DNA of 64,000 nt, taken from contig JBILFA010000003.1 of the NCBI GenBank assembly GCA_044351795.1, positions 2,275 through 66,274 on the forward strand, given 5' to 3'. Position 1 is the stretch's first letter. Every line of letters starts with the position of its first letter. This DNA is from Bdellovibrionota bacterium. Its GTDB lineage: Bacteria; Bdellovibrionota_C; UBA2361; OMII01. The notes under the pieces are model-generated. The model saw only the letters and a list, made by a program, of their open reading frames with translations. It was not told the DNA's origin and did not search any database. The position numbers and the translations under genes are program-made. Positions 19,902 to 27,891 of this stretch are shown here, piece after piece.

Positions 19902-20545
19902 TGATGGCGAAACCGGATGCTGTGTGTCAGGAAGGTACAGGTGATCGAGGGCTCGCTTACTTGGAGATGGCAGTGTGGTGCACAGTCATGGTTCCCGTAG
20001 CGTTGCTCGCTGCCGGGATAGTTGGAGTCGTCCATGATCGTATCCGAATGCAGCAGATACCTGTGTCTGCCGTGCGAGAGTATTCCGCTCCAGCGCTTCG
20101 CTTGCGGATGGACGGAGCGAGTGGAGGACTGGAGATCAACAGCGGGGCACTGCAGACAGTGGTGCGTTCTATTCGAGATCGGATGGTTGCAGATAGTCAA
20201 AGAAGCTTAATCGGCGGTATTACCGAGATCTCAGCGGTCGCGTGCTTCTGGGTTTTTCGAGTCGACGAGACGACGGGAAGGCTCACCTCGCGCGAACGAG
20301 AGGTTTGTGAGCGCACGGGGAATCTATCTCACGCTATATCCTTTGCGCGAGATCTTGCAGAGTATCAGGAAGGTGCTTCCGGATATCCCCTCTTTGTCCC
20401 CGGTAGTGCTCCCCGCTACATGGAGTACACAGTGCTTATCGGGGGAGCAGTAGGCGGGAAAGTACGCGCCCTTTCTTCCATCGAAGAGGGTGAGCTGCTT
20501 CAGTTTGTTCATATCTCTCTACCGAGAGAGGAGGTGTCGTTATGA
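19901..20545 (+). CDS. TadE/TadF-like pseudopilin
   Basis: N-terminus 'GLAYLEMAVWCTVMVPVALLAAG' is a TadE-like hydrophobic segment. The start overlaps the upstream stop. Confidence 0.55.
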   Translation: MMAKPDAVCQEGTGDRGLAYLEMAVWCTVMVPVALLAAGIVGVVHDRIRMQQIPVSAVREYSAPALRLRMDGASGGLEINSGALQTVVRSIRDRMVADSQRSLIGGITEISAVACFWVFRVDETTGRLTSREREVCERTGNLSHAISFARDLAEYQEGASGYPLFVPGSAPRYMEYTVLIGGAVGGKVRALSSIEEGELLQFVHISLPREEVSL

Positions 20546-21912
20546 TGGCTATCAAGAGATGGATGTTGAAACTAAGGGGATTATTTCGAGGGAGGAATGG
20601 ACCGACGTCATTGCCATCCCTGGTCAGAGCCATGGACCGCTTGGTGCCGCGCTCTGTGCTTCGCGAGGTCGTTGCATCAAGCAACGACAGGCGTCAGTGG
20701 GGAGTGCTTGCAGCGGCCTGGGTCGGGGTGAGTGAACGTGAATTTACGGTTGCAGCGGCGCAGGAGCTAAAAGTGAATTTCCACGAGCGTGTTCCAGTGC
20801 CTGAGCTTTCTCAGGAACCGGGGGAAGCTCGTTCTTTGCTGGCGTCGCTTCGTAAGGTCGGTGCGATTCCTGTCATGGAGAGCGGCTCCGTCCTGAGTTT
20901 TATAGCGGTAGATCCGGCCGAAGTCCGGTCGCTTCCGATCTACGATGGACGAGCACCGATTGGGTTGGGCACATGGACGGATATCGCCCGAGCACTCGAC
21001 ATAGCAGAGCGACGCCTGGCGGAAGACGAAGCTCTACACGATAAAGACGCGCTCGAGCACCGAGCCAAGTTAAGCGAGTCTCTTGTGGAAACGATTATGT
21101 ATGAAGCTGCTGCTCACGGAGCACGTAGCGTCGAGATCGTTTCGTCGGAGGACCGATGTCGATATCAGTTCACAACGAGGGATGGCCGGTGTGGAATCGG
21201 AAATATCCGTCGCGATGTTATAGGAGAAATAACCTCATTTTTGGGTCGCTTTCAGGGATCCGGTTATACGTCTCCCAAAAGAGGAGAAGTCTTGGTTCGC
21301 TCTCTTGGAGCGATTGGTAACGTAAGACTGTCATGGGGAGAGCTCGAGTCGATCCCATATGCGTCATCCTCAGCAGACTCTGCGCGGCCCACTACCCAGC
21401 CGGTGTTGGAAGAGTCGTCAAAAGTGGGATCTGAAAATGCTTGGCCCGTCCCGGTGAACAGCAGAGACGAAGATGTCAGTCCCCTGGGAGATAAGGCTGG
21501 TGCGATTGTCGGTGTACGGTTACCGATTTTAGTAGTCGACGATAATCCCATGTTTTGTCGGGTGCTCGAGCGACTTCTCGAGCGCGACGGCTTTGAGCCC
21601 CACTTCGCCCCGAATGGAGGTGCTGCCTGGGAGCGGCTTTCGAGCGCAAACGCGTTTCAACCTCGGGCCATCGTGTGTGACCTTCACATGCCTGTTATGA
21701 ACGGGCAGGAGCTTCTCGATAGAGTCAGAGGAGACTCACGATTGAGCGCTGTGCCGTTCATTATGCTGACCTCGGATGACGACGTTAATGCGGAGCTCTC
21801 GTTGCTGGCGCGCGGCGCGGATGCGTTCGTCTCAAAGTCAAAGGATCCGCGTGTTCTGTGTGCGCATATTCGGCGACTGAGTCAACGAATAGCTCTACAA
21901 GAGGCAGCATGA
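20542..21912 (+). CDS. response regulator with GspE/PilB N-terminal-half-like domains fused to a C-terminal receiver
   Basis: Receiver: 'ILVVDDNPMFCRVLERLL...IVCDLHMPVMNGQELL...FVSKS'. The N-terminal region 'AIPVMESGSVLSFIAVDPAEV' is T2SSE_N-like. The middle 'ESLVETIMYEAAAHGARSVEIVSSEDRCRYQFTTRDG' resembles the N2 domain of GspE/PilB ATPases. No Walker A. Confidence 0.7.
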   Translation: MMAIKRWMLKLRGLFRGRNGPTSLPSLVRAMDRLVPRSVLREVVASSNDRRQWGVLAAAWVGVSEREFTVAAAQELKVNFHERVPVPELSQEPGEARSLLASLRKVGAIPVMESGSVLSFIAVDPAEVRSLPIYDGRAPIGLGTWTDIARALDIAERRLAEDEALHDKDALEHRAKLSESLVETIMYEAAAHGARSVEIVSSEDRCRYQFTTRDGRCGIGNIRRDVIGEITSFLGRFQGSGYTSPKRGEVLVRSLGAIGNVRLSWGELESIPYASSSADSARPTTQPVLEESSKVGSENAWPVPVNSRDEDVSPLGDKAGAIVGVRLPILVVDDNPMFCRVLERLLERDGFEPHFAPNGGAAWERLSSANAFQPRAIVCDLHMPVMNGQELLDRVRGDSRLSAVPFIMLTSDDDVNAELSLLARGADAFVSKSKDPRVLCAHIRRLSQRIALQEAA

Positions 21913-23516
21913 GCAACGGATATGCTGCAGCGTGCGCGCGAGCGTTGACCTTCTTCGGCACACAACGGGAGCCTTCGGTCTTGCTGCTTTTGCGGAGAAT
22001 CGCTTGGGAACTGTTGTATCTTGCTCCCGAAGGCACAGCGGATTTAGCGCTGGTTGTTCGAGCTCCGGAGGGGCGATTGATTGTTGGAAACGCTCGTGAG
22101 CATATGGCTCTGCCTTCGGACATACTCAAGGGGCTTGTATTCGAGCATGAGCGTCGTGAAAGTGTTCTGTTGGTCAAAGACCATGCGCTCGATGGGGCAA
22201 GCTTCGTAGATGCAGCTCCTCGAAGCTCTGTGCTGTGCCGATTGAGCGCCCCTGTCGGCATCTCCTCACGGCGGGAATGTTTTCTGTGGTTGGGGTTGTA
22301 CGCAGTCGCGCATGCTCGGCTCGTTGAAGAGGCTCGAAAAATAGCACAAGAGCTCGGAACGTGGTTTGAGGAATATGAAGGTGTCGTATCTGCCATTATT
22401 CAGAACGCCTCTCGAGTGTCTGATTTAGAAGAGAAGGAACGCGAATTAGCTGCGGTTCTGCATGACGTTCGTGCGCCTGTCGGGGGCCTCAAGTATCTTC
22501 TTACCGAGCTTTCTTCGGGAAATGTGCAAGACAGCACTATTGTGTCCAGCGTCTCTCAAGAGCTTTCCTATATGGAGAGCCTTCTCGCATCTCTCTCGCC
22601 TGCACAGGTAGAGAGATCTCGATTCCATCTCGGCCTCTGTAATGCCGACGAGGTAGTTCGTAGGGTTGCCAATCGATGCAGAGCGGAAGGGAAGCGGGAG
22701 GGCGTTTCTGTTGTCATAGATAGCGCGGCTAGAGGGATCAGCGCGCGCATCCCAGATATTGAGTTCGAGCGAATCTTATCCAATATCCTCGGCAATGCAG
22801 TTCGGTATGCAAGAGGAGGAGATGTACGTGTCTCGATGCGGGGCGACCGAACTCGAGTGGTTGTAGTGGTTAGTGACACAGGTCCGGGAATAGATCCACG
22901 GATCTTGGCCGAACTGCGGGAGTCTCACACCAAGACAGTTTCGAGTTCTTCGGGGTGGGGGATGGGGTTGATCTCCAGCAAGCGTCGCATTGAGAGATAC
23001 GCCGGAGAGTTGTGTATCGCCTCATCGACTCCTCAGGGAACAACTATTGAGATAATCGTACCGAGAGGTCCTGATATAGTAGAGGCACAGACCAACTTGG
23101 CAGGGCCTAGCTGGAATGGCCCATCAACTGAATCTATCGACTTGATTATCGTGGACGATGACGAGCAGCAGGTATCATCGCTCCAAAGACTGCTCGGAAG
23201 CAGTGGTCTGGCGGTTAGGGGAGCTACGTCAATTGCTGAGGCTGCTGAGGTGGTGGCCTCCGGGGCAGTCAGGGCCGTGTTGTGCGATGCAACAATGCCG
23301 GATGGGGGCGCTTTGCAGCTTATTGAGATCTTCAAAGATCGCGGGATCCAGGCGCGAGTCGCCGTTGCCAGCGGAGATGGCTCCGAGGAGCTCCTCTATC
23401 GTTGCGCCGCCCATGGCGCACGCGAGTTCTTTTGTAAGCCAGTCGAGATTGAGCCGCTGCTCTCCTGGGTTCGATCTGATGGGCCGGATGAAGAGCGCTC
23501 TAAACAGGCCGTGTGA
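21909..23516 (+). CDS. hybrid sensor histidine kinase (HisKA-HATPase-receiver)
   Basis: H box 'AAVLHDVRAPVGGL', N box 'ILSNILGNAVRYA', G1 'VSDTGPGID', G2 'GWGMGLISS'. C-terminal receiver 'LIIVDDDEQQ...LCDATMPDG...FFCKP'. An ATGA overlap joins it to the upstream gene. Confidence 0.85.
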   Translation: MSNGYAAACARALTFFGTQREPSVLLLLRRIAWELLYLAPEGTADLALVVRAPEGRLIVGNAREHMALPSDILKGLVFEHERRESVLLVKDHALDGASFVDAAPRSSVLCRLSAPVGISSRRECFLWLGLYAVAHARLVEEARKIAQELGTWFEEYEGVVSAIIQNASRVSDLEEKERELAAVLHDVRAPVGGLKYLLTELSSGNVQDSTIVSSVSQELSYMESLLASLSPAQVERSRFHLGLCNADEVVRRVANRCRAEGKREGVSVVIDSAARGISARIPDIEFERILSNILGNAVRYARGGDVRVSMRGDRTRVVVVVSDTGPGIDPRILAELRESHTKTVSSSSGWGMGLISSKRRIERYAGELCIASSTPQGTTIEIIVPRGPDIVEAQTNLAGPSWNGPSTESIDLIIVDDDEQQVSSLQRLLGSSGLAVRGATSIAEAAEVVASGAVRAVLCDATMPDGGALQLIEIFKDRGIQARVAVASGDGSEELLYRCAAHGAREFFCKPVEIEPLLSWVRSDGPDEERSKQAV

Positions 23517-24054
23517 GTCTGGTATCGATCGGCTCGCCAAGCAGCGGGGGTAAGTCTGGATGGTGCTGTTTCCCCCCTTGTGAAGGGACCATCTGTTGTC
23601 GTGAGCGCTGGATGTCGCTTTGCAGCCTCATCAGTGCGTCCAGCACAGTTTCAGGGCGTGGCGGGCACCCTGGAATGTACATATCAACCGGAATTATTTT
23701 GTCGACACCCGCAACGGTCGTGTAGTTATCATAAAAGCCGCCAGAGGACGCACAGGCACCGAAGGCTATAACCCACTTGGGTTCGGCCATCTGTTCGTAT
23801 ACACGCAGAAGCACTGGTGCAAGCTTGTGATTGACCGTTCCTACTACCCACAAAACGTCTGATTGCCGGGGCGTGAATCGCGGGAGCGCTGCTCCGAAGC
23901 GGTCGGTGTCGTAATGGGAACAGTTCACCGACATGAACTCCATACCGCAACAGGCAGTAACGAAGGGGTAGGAGAAAAGGGAGTATTTACGAGCCCACGC
24001 CAGGGCGCTCTCAAGCTTAGTAGTGAAAAAGCCGGACTGATCGGGACTTTGCAT
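23500..24054 (-). CDS. nuoB: NADH-quinone oxidoreductase subunit B (complex I N2 Fe-S subunit)
   Basis: 'YPFVTACCGMEFM', 'QSDVLWVVGTV', 'AFGACASSGGFY' and 'YIPGCPPRPE'. All four N2 cluster cysteine positions are present. Confidence 0.9.
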   Translation of the reverse strand: MQSPDQSGFFTTKLESALAWARKYSLFSYPFVTACCGMEFMSVNCSHYDTDRFGAALPRFTPRQSDVLWVVGTVNHKLAPVLLRVYEQMAEPKWVIAFGACASSGGFYDNYTTVAGVDKIIPVDMYIPGCPPRPETVLDALMRLQSDIQRSRQQMVPSQGGKQHHPDLPPLLGEPIDTRLTRPV

Positions 24055-24508
24055 GTTACAAACCTCAACTCGTTACTTAACCACTATGATAGCTCGTTGT
24101 CTCAAAAATGACCATTAGGTTACATCACTCGTGGTCTATATGAGAAGGATGGGCACCTCGAACTTTTGCATCGGTGTCTTCATTCCGGTGTGGCTACCGA
24201 ACGCAATCATGAGCCACTGAAAAGTAGCGCGCTGTCCAAGGATAGGCTAGGTAAGTTATTGGATTTGGATGAAAACATCCCCCTCGAAGGCACGACCTTT
24301 GAGCCTGACTTGTTCGTCTGTTTTGGAGAGTTGAACAATAACCCCGTACGCGAGACTATGCGAGGCGCTGCCTCTCGTACAGCGCAGGCGGAGATATTCC
24401 GAAGAGTGCGCGACGAAGATGTCCCTCTGCAGTGGCTGGAAGCAAGCGCTGGCTACCTACGAGGCTTATGTCGTTACGCACTCTAAAAGTAGAAAAGGAA
24501 GAGAAGAT

Positions 24509-24961
24509 ATGAAGCGATACATTGCAACAATGGTAGCGGTTGGGCTCGTTTTGGGAGCTCCCGTTATCGGACAAGGAGAAGAAAAGAAAATGGAAAATGC
24601 ACAAGCTGAGATCGTTACGACCGCCTCGGGTCTAAAGTATCGCGATGACAAGGTGGGTACCGGCGTCGAAGCGAAGGCTGGAAAGAGTGTCAGCGTTCAT
24701 TACACCGGGTGGCTCGATGAAAATGGAAAGCCGGGTTCGAAATTCGATAGTTCGAAGGATCGCGGAGAGCCGTTCGAGTTCGATCTCGGTGCTCAACAGG
24801 TGATACGAGGATGGGATGAAGGTGTAGCAGGTATGAAAGTCGGTGGTGTACGTACTCTCATGATTCCACCGGATCTCGGCTACGGCGCTCGTGGTGCGGG
24901 AGGAGTGATTCCTCCGAATGCCAAGCTAATCTTCGAGGTTGAGTTGCTCGGAGTCGAGTAA
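24509..24961 (+). CDS. FKBP-type peptidyl-prolyl cis-trans isomerase, secreted
   Basis: Signal-like 'MKRYIATMVAVGLVLGAPVIG'. FKBP core 'VSVHYTGWL...GSKFDSS..RGEPFEFDLGAQQVIRGWDEGVAGMKVGGVRTLMIPPDLGYG'. ATG at 24509 follows AAAGGAAGAG. Confidence 0.9.
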   Translation: MKRYIATMVAVGLVLGAPVIGQGEEKKMENAQAEIVTTASGLKYRDDKVGTGVEAKAGKSVSVHYTGWLDENGKPGSKFDSSKDRGEPFEFDLGAQQVIRGWDEGVAGMKVGGVRTLMIPPDLGYGARGAGGVIPPNAKLIFEVELLGVE

Positions 24962-24970
24962 TCGGCACAA

Positions 24971-24997
24971 CCCGGCTCCGCGCCCTGCGGAGCCGGG
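24971..24997. terminator. GC-rich hairpin between convergent genes (putative bidirectional terminator)
   Basis: Perfect 11-bp stem cccggctccgc / gcggagccggg with a 5-nt loop, between the FKBP stop (24961) and the TonB-dependent receptor stop (25019). No clear U-tract. Confidence 0.55.
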
Positions 24998-25018
24998 GAA
25001 ATACCTGAACCATTCTCT

Positions 25019-27073
25019 CTAAAATCGAATGCGCACGCCGAGTAGGGCCGAGGCTCCCGGTAGTGGTGCCACATCCTTGATGAGCGAGACGTGGTTGCGC
25101 GCCTTGTCGTTGAGCAGGTTGCTGCCTCGTAGGAATACCTCGAACACCTGCTTGCCTATAGGGATCTCCTTGCTGAGGTACGCATTGGCCATGGTGTAGC
25201 CGTCGGTTGACGTTTCGAACGCGGCTATCTCCCTTTGTGCAAAAACCTGTTGCACCTCAAAGCGAGCTCGAAAGAGATCTTCGTGAAAGTACGTCACTCC
25301 TGTCTTGAGTCGAAAGGGGGGGATTCGAGGTAGGTTAGTGTCGTTATCCCGGTCTTTCGCCCGAACATAATCCGGTTGAATGTCGAAGGAGAGCTCCTCA
25401 CCCGCTCTATCTATCGCATAGAAGGCAACCTGTGACTCGAATCCAATAAAATCGGCATTCACAGCTTCGTACGCATATACAGGTAGATCATCTTCTTCAC
25501 CGCCGGTCGGGTTGAGAGCGATGTAGTCCCAAAAATTGTTGTAGAAGCCCCCGATTGAGCCGCGAACTACCCCGCTCGTCTTTCGCAGTGTAAGGTCGGT
25601 GCCGATAGAGCGCTCCGTGTCCAGATTCGAATCTCCGACCTCGAAGGCGCCGGTCGCAATGTGCGGGCCGTTTGTGAAAAGTTCCTGTCCGTTTGGAGCG
25701 CGCTCTGAATGGGCGACTGAGAGCGCCATGGAGTACTGGCTCGTGAGATCCCAGACTGCGCCAGCCGATTGACTGAAGGTCGTGAAGAAGCGACTGCGGT
25801 CGTCTTCCGCACTCGTGTCGAAGCCTGAACTGTCTAGGTCCGCCCAGTCGACGCGGCCGCCGAGCTGTAAGGTTACGGAATCTGACAGTGGAGCCTCTTC
25901 CAAAGCGAAAAGAGAGTAGGTTTTCGTATCTGTCGGCGGTTGATATGCCTCTTCTCCCTCAGCTTGAAACTCGTTGGTTTGAAGTTGAAGACCCCAGGTG
26001 CCCGTTATCGACGCAACGGCTGCATGTTTCATATCTAGGCGGCCTTCGAAAGCATTTTGATCGAAGCGTGTTCCCACCTCAGGGCCTTCGAACTCAGTGT
26101 GGTTGTAGTCGGTGATACCGATGCGGGTAGTGATCGAATCGATTAAAGTACCCGTCTCTCGGATCGCTCCGCGCACATCGGCCCTTCGGCGTTTGGCGTC
26201 GATGCTAATATCGTTCTCTCCGTTGGGTACTCCATAGTTAGTGTTGAATTCGCTGACGGAGGCTCCGATGAAGCCTTTGTCGAAAATGTAGGAGGTTCCC
26301 AAGGTGAGGCTATCCGCCTCACTGTCGCTGAACGGGATCTTTCCTCGGGGCTCGGGATAATCGATGTCTACTGATTCCTGAACCGACTCCGTACGAGCGA
26401 ACCCTGGGATGCGGATATCATCGGCTCGTCGCTTGAATCCATCTACATGTACGGCGAACGGTCCGACTGGAGCCGTCACATTCATTAGCCCGGTTCTCCC
26501 CGAGTTTACGCTTTCTCCGCGTAGTTCAAGGCTGCCGGTGAGTGGGGAATCGGGCAGCGTTTCGGGGATTCGATTGTCGAAGACATTGACGATGCCTCCT
26601 ACAGCGCTGGTTCCATACAAAAGTGAAGCAGGCCCACGAATGACTTCGATCTTTTCAACCAGCGAGGATTCGATAGTTACGGCATGATCGGGGCTACTAT
26701 TCGACACATCTTGAGTGCCGACCCCGTTTTCGAGAATGCGGATGCGATCGCCGCCAAGTCCGCGGATAACAGGACGACCGGCTCCGGGTCCAAACGAGGA
26801 CGACGATACGCCTGGTTCCGATGCCAGCGTATCGCCCAAGGAGGTCTGGGCTTTGAGATCAAGATCGCTCCCGGTGAGTACGGAGATCGGTTGAGCCGAT
26901 TCGAATAGCGTTTGCTCGAGCGGCGATGACTCAATCACCAACTCCTCGAGCTTGTATTCAGTGCTTGCGGGAGTCTGTTCAGACGTATCCTCGGCGAGAG
27001 CGTGCTGAATCGGTGCGAGCGAGATCGTAATCAGTAGTGTAACAATGCGCGTTAGTTGTTTCGTAGTGTTCAT
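25019..27073 (-). CDS. TonB-dependent outer-membrane receptor
   Basis: Signal peptide 'MNTTKQLTRIVTLLITISLAPIQHALA'. Plug motifs 'DTLASEPGVSSS...GRPVIRGLGGDRIRILENG'. Long beta-barrel region ending '...LLGVRIRF' with a terminal aromatic. Confidence 0.85.
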   Translation of the reverse strand: MNTTKQLTRIVTLLITISLAPIQHALAEDTSEQTPASTEYKLEELVIESSPLEQTLFESAQPISVLTGSDLDLKAQTSLGDTLASEPGVSSSSFGPGAGRPVIRGLGGDRIRILENGVGTQDVSNSSPDHAVTIESSLVEKIEVIRGPASLLYGTSAVGGIVNVFDNRIPETLPDSPLTGSLELRGESVNSGRTGLMNVTAPVGPFAVHVDGFKRRADDIRIPGFARTESVQESVDIDYPEPRGKIPFSDSEADSLTLGTSYIFDKGFIGASVSEFNTNYGVPNGENDISIDAKRRRADVRGAIRETGTLIDSITTRIGITDYNHTEFEGPEVGTRFDQNAFEGRLDMKHAAVASITGTWGLQLQTNEFQAEGEEAYQPPTDTKTYSLFALEEAPLSDSVTLQLGGRVDWADLDSSGFDTSAEDDRSRFFTTFSQSAGAVWDLTSQYSMALSVAHSERAPNGQELFTNGPHIATGAFEVGDSNLDTERSIGTDLTLRKTSGVVRGSIGGFYNNFWDYIALNPTGGEEDDLPVYAYEAVNADFIGFESQVAFYAIDRAGEELSFDIQPDYVRAKDRDNDTNLPRIPPFRLKTGVTYFHEDLFRARFEVQQVFAQREIAAFETSTDGYTMANAYLSKEIPIGKQVFEVFLRGSNLLNDKARNHVSLIKDVAPLPGASALLGVRIRF

Positions 27074-27096
27074 GGGAGCCTCGGTAGGTACTTGTT

Positions 27097-27480
27097 CTAG
27101 ATCGGGGATGTACATTCACGGCACGCTCCGTAGAGAACCACTTCGTGTCTCTTCACGGAGAAACCGGATGGAAGATGGACGTCGGCGTGTAACCCACACC
27201 CCGGGACGTCGAACACGCGTCCGCATCCGTCGCAGTGAAAATGGTGGTGGTGATGGTCCGCGCATCCACGCGTCTCATACCTGTCGGGGAGACCGGGAAG
27301 CGACACCGGCACTAGCGCTCCGTCATCAACCAAGGTTTTGAGCGTCCGATAGATCGTCGCGAGGCTTATCGCTCCCAGCTCGCTGCGTGCCTGATCAAAG
27401 ACCTCCACAGGGCTGAGTGGCCGCTTTGCTTGTTCAAACAGCCTCTGGACTACTGATCGCTGTTTTGTCTGCCTTTTCAT
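27097..27480 (-). CDS. Fur-family metalloregulator (Zur-like)
   Basis: 127 aa from the ATG at 27480. Winged-helix 'SLATIYRTLKTLVDDG'. Metal sites 'CADHHHHHFHCDGCG' and 'CRECT'. It lies 23 nt upstream of the receptor gene on the same strand. Confidence 0.85.
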   Translation of the reverse strand: MKRQTKQRSVVQRLFEQAKRPLSPVEVFDQARSELGAISLATIYRTLKTLVDDGALVPVSLPGLPDRYETRGCADHHHHHFHCDGCGRVFDVPGCGLHADVHLPSGFSVKRHEVVLYGACRECTSPI

Positions 27481-27891
27481 ATTCTTATATCTTAAGAGCT
27501 TGTAAAAAAGCATAAATTCGCTTGGTTAAGGCGCTATTGATATTGCATGTGCATTAAAAAGGCAAGCTCAATCATTTGAGAAATGTACATGACCTGAGTT
27601 GAGGAGGGTCAACGACGATCGGTTCCGGTGGCCCATCGTCTATAGAAATAAGGAGGCTTTTCGAGGGGCTTGTAGGATAAACCGTACGAATTACGAGAGG
27701 GTCTAATGCAAAGGTAAAGCTATGGGAGGTATGTATTAAATTTATAAACGAGCAATAAGGCTTTCGCGCCTATACTATTGGAGAGCAAGCTCCCGTGAGG
27801 CGCGGCGGATGCTGGGCTACCTTTTTTAGGTTATACAGAGGTCGACAAAGGCGCTCTTGGAACAGTGGATTTCATCAACAAGGTTTATTTC
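27481..27891. promoter_or_regulatory. divergent promoter/leader region (fur-TBDR vs sulP-can)
   Basis: 411-bp AT-richer spacer between divergent operons. It contains a 9-bp imperfect hairpin (27613-27640) and a GC-rich segment ending in TTTTTT (about 27815-27828). No operator could be called confidently. Confidence 0.35.

Noticed and set aside
24166-24486. 106-aa + strand ORF between nuoB and the FKBP gene
   Set aside because: It has no Shine-Dalgarno-like sequence and no recognisable motif. It overlaps the extended (non-preferred) start of the FKBP ORF. Support is insufficient to call a CDS, though it cannot be excluded.
27583-27590. Palindrome atgtacat as a Fur/Zur box
   Set aside because: Only 8 bp are palindromic, and the flanks do not extend to the 19-23-bp Fur or Zur consensus. 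It is mentioned in a finding but not annotated as an operator.
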